Shown here one piece after another: positions 19,978 through 29,494 of a stretch of DNA of 64,000 nt; the first letter of the stretch is position 1; each line of letters begins with the position of its first letter. The notes beneath the pieces are model-generated. The model had not been told where the DNA came from. It saw only the letters and a list, made by a program, of their open reading frames with translations, and ran no database searches. The DNA lies in the IMG/VR virus record IMGVR_UViG_3300031133_000383, positions 122,635 through 186,634 of that record; one strand, 5' to 3'. The position numbers and the translations under genes were made by a program. This DNA comes from a virus (lineage: Duplodnaviria > Heunggongvirae > Uroviricota > Caudoviricetes).

Positions 19978-20418
19978 ATGAAACAATCAGAGCAATTTTA
20001 TAGCATGACATTACTCAATTCCACAGGTGATATCACTTTGACATGGGAAAATGCTGAAGACGCTGAGATTAAAGCCATGATTCAGGCAAAGATTGATGCG
20101 GGGTACTGTTTTTTCATTCTTGAGCCAAGAGTCAGCTTTTTGAAAGTTTTGGGTAGCAAAAAGAAAACAATACGTGATATTTCTGAAATTAAAGGGCGTG
20201 AAGTCGTTATGAAAACAAAGGAAAATATGACAGGAAAAGCGGTTCTTAATGATACATTTAATTTAGGTGACGAAGCTTCCGAAAATCTTTTTAGATTGGG
20301 CAGAATCGGCATTGCCAACGTGCCAGAAGACAGTTATAATACAGTACGCAAAACAAAGAATGCCTCAGAAGTCATGAGGAATCATACAGTTGTTGCTCCT
20401 AGAATTGCGGCAGGTTAA
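19978..20418 (+). CDS. hypothetical protein (GDITLTW..GYCFFI type), ends in AAG
   Basis: GGAG SD before ATG 19978 (track start GTG 19966); first gene of a two-gene unit. Confidence 0.75.
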   Translation: MKQSEQFYSMTLLNSTGDITLTWENAEDAEIKAMIQAKIDAGYCFFILEPRVSFLKVLGSKKKTIRDISEIKGREVVMKTKENMTGKAVLNDTFNLGDEASENLFRLGRIGIANVPEDSYNTVRKTKNASEVMRNHTVVAPRIAAG

Positions 20419-20427
20419 GAGGTAGAT

Positions 20428-21738
20428 ATGCCATACAGAGCGAGTCCAGACACAAATTATATCATGGAAGCTTCCTTTGAATTGTTAGAGCAGACGCCTG
20501 ATGTGGCTCATGCTGCTTTCTTTTCAGGCGTAGATCTTGATAATTATTTCGATACATATGATGCTTATTATTCACAAGATGGATCATCAGCATCTATTAA
20601 AAATTTGTGTTCTTCAATGCATGAGTGGACTGATGCTCAGGATGACTTGACTCGTGGTGTAATATTATCTTCCAATATCTATGAAGTGCGTCTACAACTA
20701 GATGAATTGATTACGGGTGTTACAAATGATCTGATTGAAAGTTATCTGCTTAATAATGGCATTCGTGAAGAGTCTGATTCAAATTTTTATTTTACGATGG
20801 GTGAACAAGAAGCTAAAATAAATATTTTTAGTGAACGAGATATTTTATTTCCTGCCAACATAGCCACTGCCATTATGCAAAATAATAGAAGCTATGATTA
20901 TATGCTCTCTTTAAAAAATCGTCTACAAAAGACACTGGAAACGCAAGTTCCACTGTCAGCATTGAAAAAACAATACACTTTAATGAGAGAGAACGCACTA
21001 ATCGGCACTCATTTTACTTTCAATACGGCTGGTTTGCTTGTAGATACAAGTGGTTCAACTCATTACACACCACCAATTCATATCAGTAAGGAAACTGTTG
21101 ATTCTGCCAAAAAGGCTATCAAGAAGGGCGTAAAGAAATTTTCAAATTTGTTTGGTAAAAAAAACATCAACAGTTTTATTAGTGGAGATGGTTTTATTGT
21201 AGAAGGAAAATTATGTAATTGGTTTTTCAAACAAAAAAAGTCAGTTTCATTGTTGACAATGACGCATAGCCCTCTAAAATGTCATATTCCATATCAATTG
21301 ACACTGATGGATAAAAATGATGTGGTTATGGCAGACTGTTGTGTTTATGTAACAGAGAATACACCAATTATCGATCAGCTTATTACAATCATTCTATACA
21401 TTCAGCATGATGAAGAAGAGTTGTTGGCAAATTGTAATTTATTCAATGTTCGTCCAGAAATGGATAGTTCTATTTTGTATCATAATAGTATTTTCAAAAC
21501 TGATGACACCAATAGCCGAATTCAGAATGTTTTTACCACTTCTGAGTATACCAAAGAATTCAACCGGTTAAATACTGCCTATAGATTCCAAGTCAAACAG
21601 TCATTTTCCGATATTATTGGTATTAGATCCGATTTTTTTCAATTCTTGCTGCAAGATTATCGAAACCCTGTTTTAACAGAATCAAATGATATTTATTATT
21701 TGGATCAATTTTCAGGAAGTAAGCTAATTAATTTTTAA
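20428..21738 (+). CDS. hypothetical protein co-transcribed with 19978
   Basis: 436 aa; GAGGT SD 9 nt after upstream stop; CCVYV..NTPIIDQL segment. Confidence 0.8.
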   Translation: MPYRASPDTNYIMEASFELLEQTPDVAHAAFFSGVDLDNYFDTYDAYYSQDGSSASIKNLCSSMHEWTDAQDDLTRGVILSSNIYEVRLQLDELITGVTNDLIESYLLNNGIREESDSNFYFTMGEQEAKINIFSERDILFPANIATAIMQNNRSYDYMLSLKNRLQKTLETQVPLSALKKQYTLMRENALIGTHFTFNTAGLLVDTSGSTHYTPPIHISKETVDSAKKAIKKGVKKFSNLFGKKNINSFISGDGFIVEGKLCNWFFKQKKSVSLLTMTHSPLKCHIPYQLTLMDKNDVVMADCCVYVTENTPIIDQLITIILYIQHDEEELLANCNLFNVRPEMDSSILYHNSIFKTDDTNSRIQNVFTTSEYTKEFNRLNTAYRFQVKQSFSDIIGIRSDFFQFLLQDYRNPVLTESNDIYYLDQFSGSKLINF

Positions 21739-21743
21739 TTTTC

Positions 21744-21772
21744 TTGCTGTTATATGACGATTTTGATATAAT
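21744..21772 (+). promoter_or_regulatory. sigma70 promoter
   Basis: TTGCTG-N17-TATAAT. Confidence 0.65.
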
Positions 21773-21799
21773 CTGTTAGACATATTAGAGGATTTACTT

Positions 21800-22420
21800 A
21801 TGCTTGATAATGTTATGGACAAAGCATCTACACATGATTTTTTTTCAGCAATTTTTAAGAATTATTCGTGCAAATCAGTAAATCAATACATGCTAGAAAT
21901 TGAAACTGACAAGTTTCTAACTAGTGCTCAAATCTTTTTTATTGAAAAAGATCAATACAGTATTTCAGTCAACATGCCTCAGAGCTATGACATCAATACT
22001 GATTCTGATATCAAAGATAGACTGATTAACTTTTCATATTTTCATGATTTGTTTCATGTTAACCCTTTTCTATTTCATTTTGACAAAGTTAAAAAAATTA
22101 TTTTAGAGATCAATAAAAATCAATCAACGTTTAAGCTGTGTTTTGATACGTCTTTTGATGTAAATGCTGTTTTATCAATCTCTGAAAAAAAATCTTATCT
22201 TAGCTTGAATGGTATCATTGTCAAACTTCAAGAAAAAGACAATCTAGATGCTTACTATGATGAAATTTTTAGTAGATTTCTTAAAGACAAAAAATTTTCA
22301 ACCTTGAAAATAAATGGTGTTGAAGCTTGTCGTATTACTGACTTTATGCAGAATGAGCATATTGGCCCCAGAAATATTATGGATGAACATTTGGATATTA
22401 TTAAGATGTTTGATATTTGA
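21800..22420 (+). CDS. hypothetical protein, C-terminal MxxPhi motif family
   Basis: GAGGA SD; ends EHLDIIKMFDI. Confidence 0.8.
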   Translation: MLDNVMDKASTHDFFSAIFKNYSCKSVNQYMLEIETDKFLTSAQIFFIEKDQYSISVNMPQSYDINTDSDIKDRLINFSYFHDLFHVNPFLFHFDKVKKIILEINKNQSTFKLCFDTSFDVNAVLSISEKKSYLSLNGIIVKLQEKDNLDAYYDEIFSRFLKDKKFSTLKINGVEACRITDFMQNEHIGPRNIMDEHLDIIKMFDI

Positions 22421-22503
22421 TGGATAAACATCAACATCTTTCAAATAGTATCTTTTATTTTTTTCAGTATATGTTAAAATAAAACTAAACATATTATATA
22501 AAA

Positions 22504-23994
22504 ATGTCAAAAATTGTCATAGTCCATTCACTGTCTGAAAATAAATTAACACAAGCTATTAAACTTGGAGGTATGCCTCTTCCAAGTATAGCAGCAATGA
22601 ATCCAGATAATGAGTTTACCAGATTTGGGAATATAACGTTTATCGTAAAACCAGAATCAGTTAACCCTAAAGATAAAAAAAATTTATTTTTTGACAGAGA
22701 TATTTTTTCTCAACGTATTCCTACATTATATTACGATGTTGACAAAAAGCAGTTTGATAGTTTTTACAACAAAGTCGAGCAATATATTAAAAACAGACAT
22801 GAATTAAGTACGCTTTTTTCAATGTATGATGTAGATTCTTTACGTAGAAAACCTTCTGAATATATTCAAAATCGTATATTATCTGACTCTATTATCAAAA
22901 TGATGTTTGTCGATACTTTTGATCCATCCTATGAGTTACCTTATAAAAAAGCAAAGTTAGAATCCGATTTATCAAATGACACTATTTTTAAAAATTTCAT
23001 GATATCTCAACGATTAGATATCAAATATGATGATACATTTGCAGTTGAAATAAAATCAGCCATTGAGCGACGTTATTCTTTTTATAAAGATGCTGTAGGA
23101 ACAACTATTGCAAATGATATTAAGCATTCATATGAAAATTCTCTTTTCTCATATGATGGCAAAATAAATACACACTCAAGAGAAATTTTAAATATTATCA
23201 ATGATATTCCAACCTATGCGGATAATGCCTTATCTGTTGATCTTGAATTATTGAGAAAGCAGATAAATTCTATTGTTGAGAATAATCAGCATGCATATAA
23301 AGACTTTGTAGATTCATTAACGGACGGGGTATTTAAAAACCCACATTTAAAAAATGGAAATCGAAAGGTTGAATACACATTAGAAAATATAGAAAAATTT
23401 ATGTTACGTCAAAAAGTAACAGCTATTGAAGAAACATCAGATACCAGTATTGGTAAAATATCTTCGTCTTATGCAACTCAGTTTAAGTCATATGATGAAA
23501 TGATTCATTCGTCATCTATTCTAGATACTATTGAAGATAGAAGTTCTGCTATGGATGTTATTCATAGAGAAATATTCAATCTGACTGAACACATGATGCC
23601 TTATTTTGATGGTTCTCGCTTTTTTGAGGCTCAGGAAAGTTTATCTTTATCATTACATAATATAAAAAATCATGAACAGTTCATTAGTAAATTGAACAGT
23701 AATGGCTTTAATAGTAGTGAAATACCTATGGATTTAATAGATTCAGGATTTAAAATTGTAAATAAAATTAAAAACTTAACAAATCATTATTTTGAGGGAA
23801 AACCACAAAAAGTATTAAATTTTAAAGATTTTTCTGCTGTTGTCTTGCCAGTTAATACATCGCCAGATATTATTGATTATTTAAAACAACATATGAAAGT
23901 TCATCAATATTCAAAGCCTTCTGAAAAAATCGAAATTTTCAAAAAATATTCTTTTGATGAGTCTCCAAAAGTTATTAAAAAAATAAAGCCATAA
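22504..23994 (+). CDS. protein resembling a domain of phage/plasmid large polyvalent proteins
   Basis: IVHSLSENKL..LGGMPLPSIA..FGNITF and YFEGKP..F.AVVLP motifs (recalled similarity, not searched). Confidence 0.6.
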   Translation: MSKIVIVHSLSENKLTQAIKLGGMPLPSIAAMNPDNEFTRFGNITFIVKPESVNPKDKKNLFFDRDIFSQRIPTLYYDVDKKQFDSFYNKVEQYIKNRHELSTLFSMYDVDSLRRKPSEYIQNRILSDSIIKMMFVDTFDPSYELPYKKAKLESDLSNDTIFKNFMISQRLDIKYDDTFAVEIKSAIERRYSFYKDAVGTTIANDIKHSYENSLFSYDGKINTHSREILNIINDIPTYADNALSVDLELLRKQINSIVENNQHAYKDFVDSLTDGVFKNPHLKNGNRKVEYTLENIEKFMLRQKVTAIEETSDTSIGKISSSYATQFKSYDEMIHSSSILDTIEDRSSAMDVIHREIFNLTEHMMPYFDGSRFFEAQESLSLSLHNIKNHEQFISKLNSNGFNSSEIPMDLIDSGFKIVNKIKNLTNHYFEGKPQKVLNFKDFSAVVLPVNTSPDIIDYLKQHMKVHQYSKPSEKIEIFKKYSFDESPKVIKKIKP

Positions 23995-24012
23995 GACAAT
24001 TGTTTAAGTATC

Positions 24013-24039
24013 AAAAGTCAGTTCGCACTGACTTTTTTT
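24013..24039. terminator. bidirectional intrinsic terminator
   Basis: AAAAGTCAGT-tcgc-ACTGACTTTT. Confidence 0.75.
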
Positions 24040-24257
24040 CTTTCTTTTGACAGTTCATCTAGTTTTGTATTCCAGTAATCAATCTCTTTTTCGGAGTCCC
24101 TTACTCTTTTGAGCAAATCATTTTTAGTTTTATATTGGTTAATACCTGATTCAGTTTTTTCCTTTTCTAGAAAAGACAATGATTGTTTTTCAGAAGTAAG
24201 AATAGATAATGTAAATACAATACTGCCTATTATCGCAGTCGATATAAAAAAATTCAT
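24018..24257 (-). CDS. small membrane-anchored coiled-coil protein
   Basis: ATG 24257 after AAGGAC; hydrophobic N-terminus. Confidence 0.6.
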   Translation of the reverse strand: MNFFISTAIIGSIVFTLSILTSEKQSLSFLEKEKTESGINQYKTKNDLLKRVRDSEKEIDYWNTKLDELSKERKKVSAN

Positions 24258-24388
24258 AAAAAGTCCTTGTCTAGTCATCTCTATTTTAACAGTTACACCT
24301 TATCAGGTCAAATAAAAAGACCACTTAAATACCTTGTTTTTAAAGCATTTTTCATATACAATTAACTAAATTAATGAGGGTTTATAAA

Positions 24389-25150
24389 ATGCAAAATTTG
24401 ATTCCAGTTATTGAAGATGTTGTATTCAATGCTACTTTTGCAGATCTACCACGTTTTGATTTTTCCGATAATTCCCGATACATAAAAAACGAAAATAACG
24501 TTCGATTCATTATTCAAGCTTTGGCAGATGACATTCTTTGCGTTAGAGAAGATAAAGAAATTAATATGCAGTTTTATTTTGGAACTAATCATTTTGATAT
24601 CACATTAGGTTTATCGTATCCTTATTTTCATTATAAAGTAACTTTTTCTTTTAATTATGAATACCCTGATTTGAAAAAAAATATTAGAACAATTCTTAAT
24701 AATGAGCTTGATCGTATCATTAATGAGGAAGGTGTTCAATATAGAATTGTAGAAATTGAACCGGCTAAAGGATTTTTCAAAAATTTGGCAATTTTTGAAG
24801 AAGTGTTTGACACACATGGACAATTATATAATCACTTATGTAAATATCCATTTAAATCAGGAACAGGAGAGTCTAAGGATGCGTTTCAATTTTTTACCTT
24901 AATTAAAATGATGAATGGAATCCCTTCCATTTGTTTAAAGTGTCCCATTTTTGAAGTTCTGATTTCACACTATGTTATTCAATTTGATTTTAAAGGGATT
25001 GAACTTAGTTTTAATAATGATTTTCTATATTCCGATAATCGTGTAAACACTATTCGTGAACTTATCATCAACTTGTTTAATTCTAAAAATAATTACAATG
25101 TTACTGCTATTGATAATCTCAAAAGCATTACTGCCATGATTAGCATTTGA
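24389..25150 (+). CDS. hypothetical protein, C-terminal MxxPhi motif family
   Basis: GAGGG SD before ATG 24389; ends LKSITAMISI. Confidence 0.8.
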   Translation: MQNLIPVIEDVVFNATFADLPRFDFSDNSRYIKNENNVRFIIQALADDILCVREDKEINMQFYFGTNHFDITLGLSYPYFHYKVTFSFNYEYPDLKKNIRTILNNELDRIINEEGVQYRIVEIEPAKGFFKNLAIFEEVFDTHGQLYNHLCKYPFKSGTGESKDAFQFFTLIKMMNGIPSICLKCPIFEVLISHYVIQFDFKGIELSFNNDFLYSDNRVNTIRELIINLFNSKNNYNVTAIDNLKSITAMISI

Positions 25151-25214
25151 TTTACAGATGCATTTATTTTTGTTATAATGCAGTTCACATTAAGGCATTT
25201 AAAAGGTAGTTGAT

Positions 25215-25619
25215 ATGATAAATTGCTCTCTTCTTAATACAGTTGACTATGACTCAAATATAAAGGTTTTTATTTATTGGAACCTCACCAGACATATATG
25301 GTCTGTAAAAGCCTTGTCTGGTCCTAGTAGAGGGCGAGTGATTTATCATATGAAAGATGTTGTATTAAAAGATTGTCAATTTAAAGTATCTGAACGTCAG
25401 CGACAATTTATTTTAAAGAATAAACGTAAAGTTGTTCATGCTGGTGTAGTTGGATATCTTTGTAACCATCTTACTGATCATTCAGATGAGTTTATTTCTG
25501 TCACTTATAATCCTTACAAATTTTCGACGTTTGTTAATAAAGAGGATAATGGACAGCCTATATTCAATGCACGTATTGTTTGCATGAGTCATGATAAGAC
25601 TGTTAAAGCCTATCAATAA
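25215..25619 (+). CDS. phage-type conserved hypothetical protein
   Basis: YWNL..HIWSVK, RKVVHAGVVG, VTYNPYK motifs recalled from phage proteins. Confidence 0.7.
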   Translation: MINCSLLNTVDYDSNIKVFIYWNLTRHIWSVKALSGPSRGRVIYHMKDVVLKDCQFKVSERQRQFILKNKRKVVHAGVVGYLCNHLTDHSDEFISVTYNPYKFSTFVNKEDNGQPIFNARIVCMSHDKTVKAYQ

Positions 25620-25637
25620 TATTTAAATAACCAAAAT

Positions 25638-25666
25638 TTGACAAAACTCTATATTTAGGCTACTAT
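25638..25666 (+). promoter_or_regulatory. sigma70 promoter
   Basis: TTGACA-N17-TACTAT. Confidence 0.65.
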
Positions 25667-25693
25667 TGTTGAAATCTATATATGGAGTTTATT

Positions 25694-26491
25694 ATGTATC
25701 GACACGTTATAATGACATTATTTTTATCAATAATCAGTTTTTCTTCATTTGCAGATACCCCAGAAACCTTTCCTCCAACTCCAACATATAAAGAGCAGAT
25801 ACCTCTTTTTTTTGATAGGTTGGGAGCTAATAAAAGTATTCAAATTAGTGGTTTTAGAGAGGATAACTATGATGATATTACATTTGACAAAGTTCCTGTA
25901 AAATCAAATAAATTAGTGCCATTTACAGAAGTATTGAATACTGATATTTCAGAACTTAGAACTTTCAAATATTTTATTAACAGTAATAGAATCATTTCAA
26001 ATACCCTATATTATGGCTATGGAAAAGTTTATAAAGTATCTTATTCTTTTTCAAATAACACAATTTCTAATGACAGTGATGCATACAGTATAAATTATAA
26101 TGATAAGGTTTTAAACCAAATTAAAAGCGATTTGTACACTTATCTGGAAAATACTGGTTATACGGAAAATGATTTTTTCTTGCTAAAATGGGGACGTAAT
26201 ATCAATAAGAAGATGAATGAATGGTTGTATGACATAAAACAAGATAATCTTGAAAATGCCGACTCTAATCTAGAAGTTCCTGATAAGACATTTAAAAGAG
26301 GTGATTATGTTGTCACAGTTCATTCGGGCATCAATAAAGCTTTCACAGTACAATTAACTTTGGCATCAACTAAAGACGAATTTGAAAATATAGAATCTAT
26401 TGATGCAAAAAATAGAGAAAATAAATCAAAAGAAATTGCTGAACAACGCTCTAAGGAAACCATTCAAAATATTATAAGAACAGATAAATAG
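25694..26491 (+). CDS. exported protein, paralog family with 26500 and 62765
   Basis: GGAG SD; signal peptide ending SFA; KVYKV, L..YL...GY. Confidence 0.75.
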   Translation: MYRHVIMTLFLSIISFSSFADTPETFPPTPTYKEQIPLFFDRLGANKSIQISGFREDNYDDITFDKVPVKSNKLVPFTEVLNTDISELRTFKYFINSNRIISNTLYYGYGKVYKVSYSFSNNTISNDSDAYSINYNDKVLNQIKSDLYTYLENTGYTENDFFLLKWGRNINKKMNEWLYDIKQDNLENADSNLEVPDKTFKRGDYVVTVHSGINKAFTVQLTLASTKDEFENIESIDAKNRENKSKEIAEQRSKETIQNIIRTDK

Positions 26492-26499
26492 GCATAGAA

Positions 26500-27132
26500 A
26501 TGTTTAAAAAAATTTTAATTTTTAGTGTCTTATTTTTTTATTCTTTTTTATCGCTAGCTGATGATTTTTCTTTTACAAAAGAAATTTCAACACTTACAAA
26601 GTTGATTGGAGAAAATGAAGAAACTGTTATCGCTTACATGAAAAAAACAAATACGGTCTATACAATTGAAAATATATTGGACAATAATTCAGAAGTTGAC
26701 TTGAACTCATTAAGAAAACTAATATATACATTGCCTTATGATAACCATATTATTGTTGAAATTGATTATAGCCAAAATAAGGTATACTTTGTTAAATTAA
26801 GAATTGCTTATAAAAACAATCTAAAAATCAGTAAAATTGATAAAAATGTACCTAACATTAAAGATGAACAGCAAAAAGCATTAGAAAAAAAGCTGGCTGT
26901 TTTTTTAACTGATCATGGGTGGTCAAAGCGTGAGTTAGTTGCTCTTTTAGGTTTTTCAATTATTTATGAGCAAGATATTTATACATTAAAAATTGAAAAA
27001 GAAAAAGAATTGGAATCAGTGTTGGATATTACAATAAGTACAGATGATTTAACAAACGATTATGAGATGGCTTATCTTATTGAAGAAAAAGCAAACAATC
27101 GCAAAAATAGAAAATTAGAAATATTGCCTTAA
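26500..27132 (+). CDS. exported protein, paralog family with 25694 and 62765
   Basis: signal peptide ending SLA; KVYFV, LAVFLTDHGW. Confidence 0.75.
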   Translation: MFKKILIFSVLFFYSFLSLADDFSFTKEISTLTKLIGENEETVIAYMKKTNTVYTIENILDNNSEVDLNSLRKLIYTLPYDNHIIVEIDYSQNKVYFVKLRIAYKNNLKISKIDKNVPNIKDEQQKALEKKLAVFLTDHGWSKRELVALLGFSIIYEQDIYTLKIEKEKELESVLDITISTDDLTNDYEMAYLIEEKANNRKNRKLEILP

Positions 27133-27161
27133 TTTATATTAACAAATAATAGGACATCATT

Positions 27162-27704
27162 ATGAATAATGAACAAAAGTTGAAATGTAAAGCTATCATA
27201 CACTCTCATGCGGCTGCCGCTGCAGCAGGTAATGCATTTCCTATACCGGGATTAGGTTTGGCAACTGATATGGTAACGATGGCTTCGATGACAATGAGTT
27301 TGTGTGCAGTTTTTGGCGGAAGCATACAAGAAGAGGCTGCAAAATCATTAGCTTTAGCAACATTGAAAAATACAATGCTTTCACAGCCTGTCAAGGTTGT
27401 CTCAAAAGAGCTTTCCAAATTTATCCCCTTTTTAGGTCAGGCAGTAGCACCTACACTATCAGTTGTCATTTTGGAAGCGGCTGGTTGGAATCTGGCTGAT
27501 GATCTTTATGACAAATTCTCAAAAAAACAAGCTCAACGCTTAATTGATGACTATTCATTGAAATTAAATAAAAATGGTAAAAAAGAATATAAATTAACAA
27601 GTGATGAAATAAAAGCAATAGATAAAGCACATGTGATTATTGACTCTGAGCCAAAAGAAAAGTCATTTATTGGAAAAACCATAGACCTTGTTTCAAAAAG
27701 GTAA
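27162..27704 (+). CDS. DUF697-like hydrophobic helical protein
   Basis: IIHSHAAAAAAG..PIPG....D, KFIPFLGQAV pattern. Confidence 0.7.
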   Translation: MNNEQKLKCKAIIHSHAAAAAAGNAFPIPGLGLATDMVTMASMTMSLCAVFGGSIQEEAAKSLALATLKNTMLSQPVKVVSKELSKFIPFLGQAVAPTLSVVILEAAGWNLADDLYDKFSKKQAQRLIDDYSLKLNKNGKKEYKLTSDEIKAIDKAHVIIDSEPKEKSFIGKTIDLVSKR

Positions 27705-27797
27705 TTAGGTATTAATTTTTATTTCTTGTTCTTGCTTGAACTATATCCAGTAAATGCTAAGTTAAGTTATAATCAAATAATTAAAGGATTGATAAAA

Positions 27798-28400
27798 ATG
27801 AAAGGATTTTCTATGTTGAAACTAGCAAGTGTGCTATTTGTACTAGGTTGTTCAATGGGTGTATCACAAGCCAGTGTCTTTATTGGAGGTACTTATGGAG
27901 CAAGTTGGGGTGGAATAAAGAACTCAAGCTATGATCATATGACAAATAATGAGAACTTCGAAAATTCACTCAGCAATGCAGCTACAGCAGGTTTTAGAGT
28001 GGGTGCTGACTTTGAGCAAATTAGGGTATATGGCACTTATGATAGAGCATCACGATATGCCAATGGCGGTGATAATACAATGGAAAATTTGTTGTTATCT
28101 ACTGATTATCTTTATCGCGTAAGTCCTTCCACGCGAGTTTTTATAGGTGTTACAGCCGGAGCCAATCACATGGTCAATGAAGGTGCTGATTATTATGATC
28201 ATGAATACGATGCCTATAGCTATGCATATGGCGGGCAATTTGGTGCTGTTGCAGATTTAAGAAATGGATTTGAATTTGAGGCTGCCTATCGTTATCTAAT
28301 ACATAATAGTATTGATCATGATAGTGATTACAGTAATGATGAATTTCCACAATTGAAATCGTCACAGTATGTTTACTTTGGTTTAAACTATCATTTCTAA
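27798..28400 (+). CDS. oprH: second OprH-like outer-membrane beta-barrel
   Basis: signal peptide; GFRVGADFEQIRVYGTYD, EAAYRYL, C-terminal FGLNYHF. Confidence 0.7.
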   Translation: MKGFSMLKLASVLFVLGCSMGVSQASVFIGGTYGASWGGIKNSSYDHMTNNENFENSLSNAATAGFRVGADFEQIRVYGTYDRASRYANGGDNTMENLLLSTDYLYRVSPSTRVFIGVTAGANHMVNEGADYYDHEYDAYSYAYGGQFGAVADLRNGFEFEAAYRYLIHNSIDHDSDYSNDEFPQLKSSQYVYFGLNYHF

Positions 28401-28417
28401 ATAACGAACTAATATAT

Positions 28418-28441
28418 AAGAGAGCATTCATGCTCTTTTTA
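28418..28441 (+). terminator. intrinsic terminator
   Basis: AGAGCA-ttca-TGCTCT-TTTT. Confidence 0.7.
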
Positions 28442-28486
28442 TATTTTCTATTTTTAGTGTATAATATAAAAAACATATAAAATTTT

Positions 28487-29245
28487 ATGAAAAGAAAAGA
28501 TTTTTTAAAATACTTCGCAACAAAATATCCGAAAGAATATTTATCAGACTATCAATCATTGAGTTTAGATATTGATCTAACAAATGAAGATGATAAAGGT
28601 ACTTTTTGTCTTCTTTACTTGAATTCCATATTTGATGATATTTTTACGGCAATGAAAGCGGATTCATTTAAAATATGTAAAAACATTGTGAAAATTGATT
28701 TTGATTGGGACTATGCAGAAGAATATTCTGATAATGATATTTGGCGATATTCATCTCGAATCAATCTAAATCAGCTTTATGATGAAATTATTTTAAATCA
28801 TAAGATATATGGCAATACAACTACTCTCTATAGATTGGAAGATCTTAATAATAAAGGTCTTTATGATGGAAAAGGCTGGGCTGCGATGGAAAAGTCTACT
28901 GGCTTCCATCCGGGGCCAGAAGAGGACTTATCTTTTGCAAAAATATTTGATTTTAGAAACTATTATATAGAAAACGAATACAAACGTGAATGGAATTTTT
29001 CATTTAAAGATCTAGAACAATTAAAATCATGGGTGGGTGATAAAGCTACATTGGAAAAACTTATTGATTTAAATTTCGTAATTAAAGAAATTTCGATTTC
29101 TGAAAACTGTGTTATAGCTGGAACTCACCAAGCTATTTATAAAAAACATGGTATTATACATGAACAATCACTAGAATTATCTTCCGTATCCAATTTATTT
29201 GAAGTTCCCTCTAAGTTGACAACAAAAAAAATGCCATCTTTATAG
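28487..29245 (+). CDS. hypothetical protein, possible ADP-ribosyltransferase-like C-terminal domain
   Basis: LYRLED..GLY, HPGPEED, FSFKDLEQLKSW; fold call is weak. Confidence 0.7.
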   Translation: MKRKDFLKYFATKYPKEYLSDYQSLSLDIDLTNEDDKGTFCLLYLNSIFDDIFTAMKADSFKICKNIVKIDFDWDYAEEYSDNDIWRYSSRINLNQLYDEIILNHKIYGNTTTLYRLEDLNNKGLYDGKGWAAMEKSTGFHPGPEEDLSFAKIFDFRNYYIENEYKREWNFSFKDLEQLKSWVGDKATLEKLIDLNFVIKEISISENCVIAGTHQAIYKKHGIIHEQSLELSSVSNLFEVPSKLTTKKMPSL

Positions 29246-29406
29246 ATGACATTTTTCCGAGGTATGAAAACAAGATATAAATAAACCGTAAAGTAATGTT
29301 GCTTCTTGGTCTAATTATAAGATACCTCTAATAAGAAGATAAATAAAGGGTGTTTTTACAGATTTTTTTGTAAGTGATTGACTATAGTTAGATGTAAGAA
29401 ATTATT

Positions 29407-29440
29407 TATATTTTATATTTTATATTTTATATTTTATATT
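29407..29440 (+). repeat. heptamer tandem repeat (TATATTT) x4 plus a 6-nt partial copy
   Basis: units start 29407, 29414, 29421, 29428, 29435; runs into -35 TTGCCT of TTGCCT-N17-TATTAT. Confidence 0.9.
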
Positions 29441-29494
29441 GCCTGATAATAAAAATCATGATATTATTAATCAATTATCAGGAGTCCAAAATTA

